Below, one piece after another: positions 28,231-38,884 of a DNA stretch of 64,000 bases. The DNA is from Anolis carolinensis (lineage: Eukaryota): NCBI RefSeq assembly GCF_035594765.1, contig NC_085846.1, positions 6,993,190 to 7,057,189 on the forward strand. The letters are read 5' to 3'. The notes under the pieces are model-generated. The model was not told the DNA's origin. It was given only the letters and a program-made list of their open reading frames with translations, and made no database searches. Each line of letters opens with the position of its first letter. Position 1 is the stretch's first letter. The position numbers and the translations under genes are program-made.

Positions 28231-29851
28231 CTTTAAGGTAGAGGTTTTCCCCTGACATTAAGTCCAGTCAAGTCTGACTCAGGGTTGGTGCTCATCTCTA
28301 TTTCTAAGCCGAAGAACCGGCGTTGGCCATAGACACCTCAGTCCACTGGCATGACTGCATGGAGTACTGTTACCTTCCCGCCAAAGCAGTACCTATTGAT
28401 CTACTCACATCCCCTTTAACCCCCCCCTTTTCCCCTTCTACCTCCCCCAACCCATCCGCCTGCATATTACCATAAACCTTTTTCCACTCCTTTTTTATCT
28501 CACTAAAAAAAAGGGATAATAAAGATATTTTAAAATAATAATGTTTTAATTTGATTGTTTATGTTATTACGTTTTTAATTGTGACTTAGCTTGTGGCACA
28601 GTGGGTTAAATCGCTCAGCTGTTGAACTTGCTGACCAAAAGGTCGGCAGTTCAAATTCAGGGGGAGCTCTTGCTGTTAGCCCCAGCTTCTGCCAACCTAG
28701 CAGTTCGAAAACATGCAAAACGTGAGTAGATCAATAGGTACCTCTCTGGCAAGAAGGTAACGGCGCTCTGTGCAGTCATGCCAGCCACAAAACCTTGGAG
28801 GTGTCTATGGACAATGCCGGCTCTTCAGCTTAGAAATGGAAATGAGCACCAACCCCCAGAGGCAGATACAACTAGTCTTAAGGTCAGGGGAAAATCTTTA
28901 CCTTTACCTAGCTTGTTAATTTTTTTATGCTGAGCTTGGTCCCCATGTAAGCTGCCTTGAGTCCTTTCAGGGAGATGGTGCCAGGATACAAAAATAAATT
29001 TATTATTATTGTTATTATTATTATTTTATGTTACATGACGCATAAGGGAAATATAAGAGTAATGCAAATATACTTGTGGTTGGGTTGCTGTGAGTTTTCC
29101 AGGCTGCCTGGCCATGTCCCAGAAGCATTCTCTTCTGACATTTCGCCCACATCTATGGCAGGCATCCTCAGAGGTCTGTTGGAAACCAGGCAAGTGGGGT
29201 TTATATATCTGTGGAATGATGTCCAGGGTGGGAGAGAAAATGCTTGTTCATTTGAGGCAAGTGAAGGTTGCAACCAGCCACCTTGATTAGCATTGAATAG
29301 CCTTGCAGCTGCAAACCCTGACTGTTTCCTGCCTGTGTCTGATATCTTTTCTTGAATCTCCCCATGCCAGGGACACGAAAGAAGCCTCCCACAGGACAGT
29401 AAAATATCAAAAATCACAACCTGGGGGATGCCTCAAACACAAGAATTTTTGCTCCCACCCTGGACATCATTCCATAGATATATAAACCCCACTTGCCCAG
29501 TTTCCAACAGACCTCACAACCTTTGACGATGCCTTCCATAAATGTGGGAGAAACATCAGGAGGGAATGCTTCTGGAACATCAACATACAGCCCAGGAAAC
29601 TCACAACAACCCAGTGATTCCGGCCATGAAAGCATTCGCCAACACAACAACAACAAAGACAATAAATATGTTTCCCTCCTTTAACCCAGGGAAACCCAAG
29701 TTATATTTTAAAGCAAGACACAGCTTTAAAAACCTGATTTTATTGAAAATGGAAATGACCTTTAAAAAAGGATGCCTGCCATAGATGTGGGCGAAACGTC
29801 AGGAGACGATTCTTCTGGAACATGGCCACACAGCCCAAAAGACATACAACT

Positions 29852-30520
29852 ATTGGGGACCCCCAGCTTGGGGTCTCCTTGTGGTCCGTGGCAGGAGGCA
29901 GCAAATGACGAGAGACCAGTCTCCAGAGGTAAAGCAGAATCTCGTTTATTTTCCTTGCACAGCTGTGAAGTGGCAGAGCAGTCAGAACTCCGGAGAGTTT
30001 TATTCAAAGGACTGCTGCCCGGAATGAGTCGAGGGCCAATCCTTTTATAGCCGGTAATAAACATCTTTCTTCAGCAATTTTATTTCCCTTATGTATGCAT
30101 TTCTTAATTTTTCTATGCTATTTTTAATTATGCTTATGGTTAGGGTTTCGCAAAACAAAGACCAAAAGGAAGTGGGTGAGGGTATATCTGGATGGGAGGG
30201 GGACTTTTCTTCCTATACATCTCACTGGGTCATCTTGACCTAGTAGACTTGACCTAACTCTTTTCCTCCGGCCTGGGGTTTCATTCTGCTGACAACTTGT
30301 TTCTTTGTCTCTCCCCTGCACCATCTTGACCATCTTTTTGTTTCCACTTGCAACATTTGTCCTAGCTTGCTAACCACAAATGCATCACAGAATAACAGAA
30401 AAAGGTTAACTTCTCTATTGCTGTCTCCTCAATCTTACAGAAAGGAAAAAGGTTGAGGGGTTCTCTTTAGTTCAAGTTGTCAGCAAAGCTTCTTAATCAC
30501 TTTAATCAATGGCCTCTATC
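29852..30520 (-). mobile_element. Possible LTR fragment inserted into Penelope-derived repeats
   Basis: Interrupts a PLE copy; minus-strand AATAAA (~29945) and TATA-like (~30045) in LTR-like order; termini and TSD not resolved. Confidence 0.35.
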
Positions 30521-31342
30521 CATTCCATAGATATATAAACCCCACTTGCCCAGTTTCCAACAGACCTCACAACCTTTGACGATGCCTTCCATAAATGTGA
30601 GAGAAACATCAGGAGGGAATGCTTCTGGAACATCACCATACAGCCCAGGAAACTCACAACAACACAGTGATTCCGGCTATGAAAGCATTCGCCAACACAA
30701 CAACAACAAAGACAATAAATACGTTTCCCACCTTTAACCCAGGGAAACCCAAGTTATATTATAAAGCAAGACACAGCTTTAAAAACCTCGGGGGATGCCT
30801 CAAACACAAGAATTTTTTCTCCCACCCTGGACATCATTCCATAGATATATAAACCCTACTTGCCCTGTTTCCAAGGGACCTCACAACCTCTGAGGAAGCC
30901 TGCCCTAGATGTGGGCGAAACGTCAGGAGAGAATGCTTCTGGAACATGGCCATAGTGCCTGGGAAACACAGCAACCGGCCATGAAAGCATTCGCCAACAC
31001 ATCAACAACAAGCATAATAAATATATTTCCCACCATTAACCCAGGGAAACTCAAGTTATATTTTAAAGCAAGACACAGTTTAAAAAACCCGATTTTATTG
31101 AAAATGGAAATGAACTTTAAAAAAGGATGCCTGCCATAGATGTGGGCGAAACGTCAGGAGAGAATACTTCTGGAACATGGCCACACAGCCCAAAAGACAT
31201 ACAACAACCCTGTGATCCCGGCCATGAAAGCCTTCGACAACACAGAGTTTGAATTGCAAACACCAATAAAATAAACTTTAAAATAAACACACACAAGGAA
31301 GCACACGATTGCAATGGAGAGACAAAGAGGAAACTATTTCAA

Positions 31343-31493
31343 GGGACTTCCCCTCCTCGCAGACACCGGAAATGGCCGTTTGGTCGCCTTTGCCCTCCAT
31401 TTCCGCCCATTTCCAGCCTCTTATTTGCATAGAGCATCCCTCATTAGCATGGCATCGCTCCCATTGGCTGAGAGGCGCTCTGTGTGGGCGGGG
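31343..31493 (+). promoter_or_regulatory. Putative Pol II promoter of the RT ORF
   Basis: GGGACTTCCC (NF-kB-like) 31343-31352; ACCGGAAAT (ETS-like) 31365-31373; CCGCCC 31403-31408; CTTATTTGCAT octamer (ATTTGCAT 31423-31430); ATTAGCAT 31443-31450; ATTGG 31463-31467; GGGCGGGG 31486-31493. Confidence 0.55.
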
Positions 31494-31619
31494 CCTGTGC
31501 GACTGCTCTGCTAGGCGCCCATGTGTAGTTTCAAAACTTCTTTCTTCCTGTTGCAAAAGAGAAAGAGGGGAGTTTTGGAATCCCTGCCTTGATTTAAATT
31601 GGGATAAATTTGAATTACT

Positions 31620-33953
31620 GTGAAGATCTCTCCTGCTTGGGACCATCTCCCTGGAAGAAGAAGAGAAAGCAAGCCCAATTTTGGGGAAAAGGGCGGCTCA
31701 GCTCCTTGCCTGAGACTTGGCTCCATCCACTTCCTCTCTTTCTTGGGAGGGGATTTCCAAGAGAGAAGGACTGCATTTGCTCAGTGGCTTTCGCTTCGGC
31801 CACCAGCCTTTTCAATGACCTTTCCTGCAGCCGGGGGGAGAAGGCAGTCACCGGGCAAAATCCGCACCCAGCACCCGCCTTTTCCACGGAGCGGAGGAGC
31901 CATGCAGCCCGGCAAAAGCAGCCTCACGCAGTGGCAAAGGATACGCATCAAGGAGATCCAGGAGGCCGCCACTTTCAAAGGGTTCGAGAAGGTGCTCCAA
32001 AAAGTGACCAGGGAACTGTCTGCCGACGACAAAGCGTCCCCTCGGAAGCCCAGGCGCAGGAGGAAGGTTTCCATAACGGCGGACAAGAAGGCCCGCCAGT
32101 TCCAGCACATGTACCGCACCTCCAAACCCAAGGCCTTGCTGACGATCCAGAAAAAGCTCTCCCCGCATTGCAAGATCCCTTTGGAGGAGCTCGAGCGTCA
32201 CTTCACCAGAGTCTTTGCCGCGAGGGATGCCGAGGCGACCCCCCGACGTCCTGATGGCATGCCTCCGTTGCCGAAGATTGGTTCTCCCAAAGCCCTCGAG
32301 CGCCTGAGACGTGACTTCACCCCGAAAGAGGTTGCGGAGAAGCTCCTCAAAGTCCCCAACAAAGTCAACGGGAAGGACAAGATCTCTCGCGAGAAGCTGA
32401 AGCAGCGGGACCCCGGGTGCCACGTCCTGACCGCCGTCTTCAACAGATGCAAGCAGTTCCGCCGCATCCCTGCCGCCTGGAAGGAAGTGCCGGTCATCCT
32501 CAATTTCAAGAGCGGGGAGCCCTCCGACCCGGCCAACTGGCGGCCACTCTTCCTTTGCGACACGCTTTACAAGACGTACGCCCGCTGCCTTGCCCGCCGC
32601 GTCACCGACTGGGCCGTGGCAGGTGGGGCCGTGAGCCCTCAACAGACGGCCTACGTCCCCTTGCGCAAGGGCACCGACGAGCAGCATTTCCTCCTGCAGT
32701 CCACCATCGATGTCGCCCGGCACAAGCGACAAGAGCTAGCCTTGGCCAAACTGGACCTTTGCAATGCTTTCGGCTCCATCCCACACAGACATGTCTTCGA
32801 CATGCTGTCAAGGTTCGGCGTACCGGAAGATTTCCTCGACGTGCTACGCTCGCCCTACGTCGGCCTCTCCATCGTCGTGATGGCGGCCAACAGGAAGACC
32901 CAACCGATACCTATGAAGAGGGGCTTGATGCAAGGGTGTCCTCTGAGTCCTATCGTTTTCAACCTCAGCATAGAACCTTTGATCCGCTACATCGTGGAGG
33001 GACCAGAAGGCTTTGTTCTGTATGACCAGAAGGTCAGCGTTCTCGCTCACGCCGACGATATAGTGTTCATTGCCAGCGATGGGAGAGGACTACAACGCAT
33101 GCTGGACAAGGCCTCTGAAACTGCCGATTGGATAGGCCTAAACTTCAATGCCAAGAAGTGTGAATCCCTTCACATCCGCCAAAGCAAACTGTGCTCCTCA
33201 AGATTCACCCTCCAGGGAAAGTCCATCGGGTCCATCGAAAGGGACCAAGCTTTTGAGTATCTAGGGATGCCTTTGATTTTGCCCAACCAGCCCCTTACGA
33301 TCTTGAAGGAGCCTTTCCGAAAGTTGCTCGGAGAAGCCCAACGTATCAATGTGTCCCCGTTGACTCCTCAGCAGAAGATGGATGCGCTCAAGACCTCTGT
33401 CCTTCGCAAATGTTCCTACCTCCTGAAAAAGTTGCCAGTTGTGTGGAAAGAACTCAAAACCGCTGATTACACGATCACCAACATGATGATGAAATGGTTG
33501 GGTATTTCCGAGGAGGATGAAATACGTCTTTGGATCCCTTGGAAAGATGGCGGCTATGGACTCCTGCCATTGACAGACATGGCCAACGTGGCCACCATCT
33601 CCTACGGCTTCCAGCTGCTGAACTGTTTGGATGACACAGTGAGGAATGTGGCACGTGGTGCCCTTCGCAGCACCGTCCAGAGGAAACTGGGCTGGCACCC
33701 TCGGAAAGAAGAACTGGCCTACTACCTGAATGGAGAGTTTGGCCGTGACAGGGGAGACTTTACCAATCTCTGGTGTCGTGTCAAAACTGCCACGTGGCAC
33801 TCCAGTCAACTCATTTCTTGTACCTGGACGTACCATCAAGGTAGCTTTTGCATGGATGTAGATGACACCCTGTTTTCAGAAGAAGGCAGGAGCCTGGAGA
33901 ATTCTCTGAATAAGGCCTTGTTGAGACCCACGTTGCTTGCCTCACTTTTTTAA
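31620..33953 (+). CDS. Utopia/NeSL-like (R2-group) reverse transcriptase ORF lacking the endonuclease; candidate domesticated RT gene
   Basis: 777 stop-free codons. First ATG 31815; Kozak-like GCCATG at 31902 gives 683 aa. Motifs: RDPGC.VL, NWRPL.LCDTLYK.YA, LDLCNAFGSIPH (D at 32754), QGCPLSPIVFNL, HADD (33048-33059), GLNFNAKKC, FEYLG, thumb/linker GEFGRD. No CCHC or PD..D RLE before the stop. Confidence 0.85.
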   Translation: MKISPAWDHLPGRRRESKPNFGEKGGSAPCLRLGSIHFLSFLGGDFQERRTAFAQWLSLRPPAFSMTFPAAGGRRQSPGKIRTQHPPFPRSGGAMQPGKSSLTQWQRIRIKEIQEAATFKGFEKVLQKVTRELSADDKASPRKPRRRRKVSITADKKARQFQHMYRTSKPKALLTIQKKLSPHCKIPLEELERHFTRVFAARDAEATPRRPDGMPPLPKIGSPKALERLRRDFTPKEVAEKLLKVPNKVNGKDKISREKLKQRDPGCHVLTAVFNRCKQFRRIPAAWKEVPVILNFKSGEPSDPANWRPLFLCDTLYKTYARCLARRVTDWAVAGGAVSPQQTAYVPLRKGTDEQHFLLQSTIDVARHKRQELALAKLDLCNAFGSIPHRHVFDMLSRFGVPEDFLDVLRSPYVGLSIVVMAANRKTQPIPMKRGLMQGCPLSPIVFNLSIEPLIRYIVEGPEGFVLYDQKVSVLAHADDIVFIASDGRGLQRMLDKASETADWIGLNFNAKKCESLHIRQSKLCSSRFTLQGKSIGSIERDQAFEYLGMPLILPNQPLTILKEPFRKLLGEAQRINVSPLTPQQKMDALKTSVLRKCSYLLKKLPVVWKELKTADYTITNMMMKWLGISEEDEIRLWIPWKDGGYGLLPLTDMANVATISYGFQLLNCLDDTVRNVARGALRSTVQRKLGWHPRKEELAYYLNGEFGRDRGDFTNLWCRVKTATWHSSQLISCTWTYHQGSFCMDVDDTLFSEEGRSLENSLNKALLRPTLLASLF

Positions 33954-34053
33954 ATTGTAGTTGGATCCTAAAGATTGTGGAATCACAGTGGCTTTGCCCA
34001 TCCTGATTAAACCTTCATACCTTTTTGCTGCCTACCTCCTCTCCATTCTAGGA

Positions 34054-35007
34054 AAGACAGTTCTGGCCCGGAACCCATCCTGTGCCTTTATGGATACAAT
34101 CCTGGCCTGGAACCTATCCTCTCTCTTTGCAAATAGAGAAGCCATCTTGTGCCTTTGTGGATACAGTCCTCATCTGGAACCCATCCTGTGCCTTTTGCAG
34201 ATACAATCCTGACCTGGACCCACCCTGTATCTTTTGCAGATACAACCCTCATCTGGAACCCATCCTGTACCTTTGCAAATACAATCCTGACCTGGAGCCC
34301 ATCTGGTGCCTTTTGCAGATACAATCCTGACCTGGAACCCATCCTGTACCTTTGCAAATACAATCCTGACCTGGAGCCCATCCAGTGCCTTTTGAAGATA
34401 CAGTCCTGATCTGGAACCCATTCTTTGCCTTTTGCAGATACAGTCCTGATCTGGAACCCATTCTTTGCCTTTTGAAGATACAGTCCTGATCTGGAACCCA
34501 TTATTTGCCTTTTGCAGATACAGTTCTCATCTGGAACCCATCCTGTTCTATTTGCGGATACAATCCTGACCTGGAACCCATCCTGTTCCTTTTGCAGATA
34601 CAGTTCTCATTTGGAACCCATCTTGTGCCTTTTGCAGATACAGTCCTGATCTGGAACCCATTCTCTCTCTTTGCAAATAGAGTCCTAACCTTGAACCCAT
34701 CCTGTGCCTTTGTGGATTCAACCCAGATCTGGAACTCATCCTGTGCTTTTTACAGATATAGTCCTCATCTGGAACCCATCCTGTGCCTTTGTGGATACAA
34801 TCCTGACCTGGAACCCACCCCATGCCTTTTGCAGATACAGTCCTGATCTGGAACCCATTCTTTGCCTTTTTCAGATACAGCCCTGACCTGGAACCCATCC
34901 GGTGCCTTTTGCAGATCAATCCTGACCTGGAACCCACCATGAGTCTTTTGCAGATACAATCCTCATCTGGAACCCATCCTGTGCCTTTTGTAGATACAAT
35001 CCTGACC
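34054..35007. repeat. Minisatellite, about 24 units of 39-40 bp
   Basis: Consensus GATACAATCCTGACCTGGAACCCATCCTGTGCCTTTTGCA; units counted by the GAACCCA anchor from 34071 to 34970. Confidence 0.95.
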
Positions 35008-37295
35008 CTTCGCCGCCCTAAAACCACCTAACGTATTACTTCAATATCCATAAGGGCTGAATCCCTTTTCTCCCCTCTTCCAAAGGATGTCTCCAAAACT
35101 CGGACTAAAAGCCAGAGTGGATTTGCTAGCCTATTGCCACAGAAGACAATCAAGAGAAGGTACTGGGATCCCAACTAAGTTATGGAAGATTATCTTCCAC
35201 AGTATTGTAGCAAATGTTTCTGAGAACTTGGTGGGGCACTTCACTCTGGCGGATGGCCAGAGACTAGGGTCCTGTCTGCACTACCATATAATGCAGTTTG
35301 AAACTGCATTATATGGGTGTGGGGCCTTAGAAGTGGTGACAACAAAATGTAACTTTGCGCTGGATGCTCAGGACAGCTGTCACCCCAATCTCTTTTAAAA
35401 GGGTTGTTTTGTGATGTCTGTCATTAGAAACTGGAAGGGCTAAATTTGTGGTCCTAGATTGTGTTTACACTAGGCATGCATGGGTGAACTTGGGTTCTCC
35501 AGGTGTTTTGGACTCCAACTCCCATCATTCCTAACAGCCTCAGGCCCTTTCCTTTTGCCCCTCAGCCGCTTAAAACACCTGCAGGGCCCGAGTTCACCCA
35601 TGCCTGGTCTATACTGCAGAATTAATACAGTTCGATGCCACTTGAACAGCCATGCCTATACAATATTGGGAGGTGCAGTTTGACAAGACTTCTCTGCCAA
35701 AGGGAGCGATGCCTCCCCAAACTACAACTCCCATAATTCCGCAGCATTGAGCCGTTGGCAGTTAAAGCGGTCCTGAACTGCATTCATTCCGAAGTGTAGA
35801 CACACCCTTTGTCACAAGATGCAGAGACAACAGACAGCTGAGTATATGCCTCTCGTGTCAACCTCACACTGGATAGAACTGAAATATTATATATTTTTGA
35901 AACATATGCATATTTTTCAATTCTGCCTTCTCTTGGGGGTAACTCAGATTTTTGGGGGGAGAAGGGCAAGGGAATTGGGGAGGGGGCATTGTATTTGACT
36001 GCCGTTTGCCTTAATTGATTGTCATCTGAGCCGTTTTTTTAAATAAAATCTTGATGAATAAAACTCTGAGAATGCCTGAACCTATTGCATTTATTCCTGG
36101 GGAGAAAAGGAACTAAAAGTAAGTTAAATTCATCAATGAGCAATGTCATTCTGAATCCATATAGCAGGCATGGGCAAACTTGGGTCCTCCAGGTGTTTTG
36201 GACTCCAACTCCCACAATTCCTAACTTGTTAGGAATTGTGGGAGTTGGAGTCCAAAACACCTGGAGGGCCCAAATTTGCCCATGCCTGCTATATAGCTTT
36301 TGCCATGGGTGCATCCATACTGCCAAATTAATGCAGTTTGATCCCACTTTCACTGCCATGGCTCAATGCTATGCAGCGCTAGGAGTTGTAGTTTTATAAG
36401 GTCTTTCTAGGCGTTGCATTTGCAATCTCTCCCATCTTATTTTCCTCCCTACTAGACTGTGCAAAGTCTGTCCGTTGCCCACACAAAGAAACCTAAACTG
36501 TGCTGAATAAACAGATCTTTTTCGATATGAGTCACCCTGCAACTTCCCTTCTGCTATTCTTTCTGCCACATTTCAGAGAATGTTTGTCAAAAACCGCTGG
36601 AGATGGAGGATGGGCGGCTGGCAAGAAGTGCTTTTGCAGATAGGAAGGACAGGAATGTGCAATTTGTTTACAGATGAATTCTACAATATAGAGCAGGCAT
36701 GGGCCAACTTTGGCCCTCCCTCCAGGTGTTTTGGACTCCAACTCCCACAATTCCTAACAGCCTACCGGCTGTTAGGAATTGTGGGAGTTGGAGTCCAAAA
36801 CACCTGGAGGGAGGGCCAAAGTTGGCCCATGCCAGGTGTAGATTGACTCATAAACTGGATGCAGGATTTACAGTAAAATAGTGCATAGCCCTATCTCTGG
36901 GATTATACTTTGGCTGCTCACACACAGATCCACCCATTCCCCACCTTTCTGCAAAAATCCCTGGGCTGCAATGTGTTTATTTGGAAAAAATTCCAAAACT
37001 GGAAGAGAAATGTTGAAATGCCGGTAAGTCAAGGTCAGTGTCTACTACATTCTTCCTCCAGTCCTGCTCTCTTTATCTTTCAGATAACTGGAAATTCTTT
37101 TGCTCTCACCAATACATTCTGCAGCTGCTGCAAAGTGAGAAACGTTGCAGCACTGGAGAACCCATAACGAAACCACTCTTTGAAACTCACAAATGTTTGC
37201 AGTGTTCAAGTTGTTGTATGATATTTTTGGCAATTGACTGTTTTGTACACATGTTGGAAACCACCCTGAGTCCTCTCAAAGAGATAGGAAATAAA

Positions 37296-37336
<41 letters not shown>

Positions 37337-38124
37337 AGTAGAGTCTCACTTATCCAACATTCGCTTATCCAACATTCTGGATTATCCAACGCAGTCTGCC
37401 TTTTAGTAGTCAGTGTTTTTGTAGTCAATGTTTTCAATACATTGTAATATTTTGGTGCTAAATTTGTAAATACAGTAGAGTCTCACTTATCCAAGCCTCG
37501 CTTATCCAAGCCTCTGGATAATCCAAGCCATTTTTGTAGTCAATGTTTTCACTATATTGTGATATTTTGGTGCTAAATTTGTAAATACAGTAATTACTAC
37601 ATAGCATTACTGTGTATTGAACTACTTTTTCTGTCAAATTTGTTGTATAACATGATGTTTTGGTGCTTAATTTGTAAAATCATAACTTAATTTGATGTTT
37701 AATAGGCTTTTCCTTAATTCCTTCTTATTGTCCAACATATTCGCTTATCCAACATTCTGCTGGCCCATTTATGTTGGATAAGTGAGACTCTACTGTATTA
37801 TTATTATTAACCTATCCCTACTATGATAATTTGTTTTTTAGAATAGCTTTATGGGTATATTAAAATAATATACACCTTATTTTTTTATTTGTTTATTTAT
37901 TTCGTGTCAAAGGCATTGCATAAAAAATAAATTTAAAAAGTGATGAAATAAAGGAAATCAAAAGCAGCTAAATAGTTTTAGACCAAAAGCGGGCAACAGC
38001 AACCGCATTGTCCGTAGCTTTGAACAACTCCTCCTCCGTACATGAAGCAGGACAGTGTGGGCAAGCATACACCTAATATACACCTAAAAGACATAGACGT
38101 ATTATTATTATTATTATTATTATT

Positions 38125-38375
38125 TCGTGTCAGGAGCGACTTGTGAAACTGCAAGTCGCTTCTGGTGTGGGAGAATTGGCCGTCTGCAAGGACGTTGCCC
38201 AGGGAACATTGCCCAGATGTTTCGATTTTTTTTTTTTACCATCCTTGTGGGAGGCTTCTCTCATGTCCCCACATGGAGCTGGAGCTGATAGAGGGAGCTC
38301 ATCCGCGCTCTCCCCAGGTGGGATTCGAACCTGGCAGCCTTCAGGTCAGCAACCCAACCTTCAAGTCATGAGGCT
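38125..38375 (-). mobile_element. Anolis SINE2-like element split by a solo LTR
   Basis: Reverse complement of the 13348 family; its 5' head resumes at ~38890 (ttaacccactac). Confidence 0.7.
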
Positions 38376-38884
38376 TGTCATGCCACGAGCAGGCAAAACA
38401 TTACCTGCTGCCCTGTCTCTTTAAGGTTCCAAAGGGGCGGAGCTTAGCCTTGGCTCCTGCCAGCCTGAAATGGCAATTATATTTTGTCAGTTAGATTTTG
38501 TCAGTTGGTCAGGCACTGGAAGGAAGTGTAGGAAATAAAAGGATCACAGAAATTCACGTCACGTTGGAACTGTATTCAAATTAGATTAAAAAGCCACAGA
38601 CTACAGCAATAGAGAAAGCCATGTCAACAACACTGCATTGAAGTCATCTCAAAGATACAAAGAATCCAGTCATAACAAGACTTTATACTCTGTGGCAATA
38701 TCTACCCAGAACTGCATAGACTCAAAGATTTCTTTCCTCACAAGAGACTTCATAGTGGCAACAAGAGGAAAAGAGATCAATTTTGTCTATTAATAAAATA
38801 TTTTGTTTCACAACTACAGTCTCCAATCTGTCCTTCGTGCTATGAGTCCTTCCAGTTCATTTAATTAAGCATGGAGGCAGAACA
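38376..38884 (+). mobile_element. Solo LTR (509 bp)
   Basis: TGT...ACA termini, 5-bp TSD AGGCT (38371-38375 / 38885-38889), AATAAA at 38792-38797. Confidence 0.8.

Noticed and set aside
31848-32732. 294-aa antisense ORF and other overlapping ORFs in the RT
   Set aside because: Shadow frames of a GC-rich coding sequence with no recognisable motifs.
31620-33953. Autonomous, active R2/NeSL retrotransposon, telomerase or group II intron RT
   Set aside because: No RLE nuclease, zinc knuckle, TSD or intact target gene. The motifs are non-LTR type, without TERT T/CP motifs or intron RNA domains.
34054-35007. CRISPR array or repeat-protein gene (many overlapping ORFs in the track)
   Set aside because: Units are contiguous with no unique spacers, and the DNA is eukaryotic. 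The 39/40-bp period shifts frame every unit, so the ORFs are by-products.
35012-35032. Telomere-like CCCTAA seed after the array
   Set aside because: Only one CCCTAA plus one CCTAA; compatible with chance.
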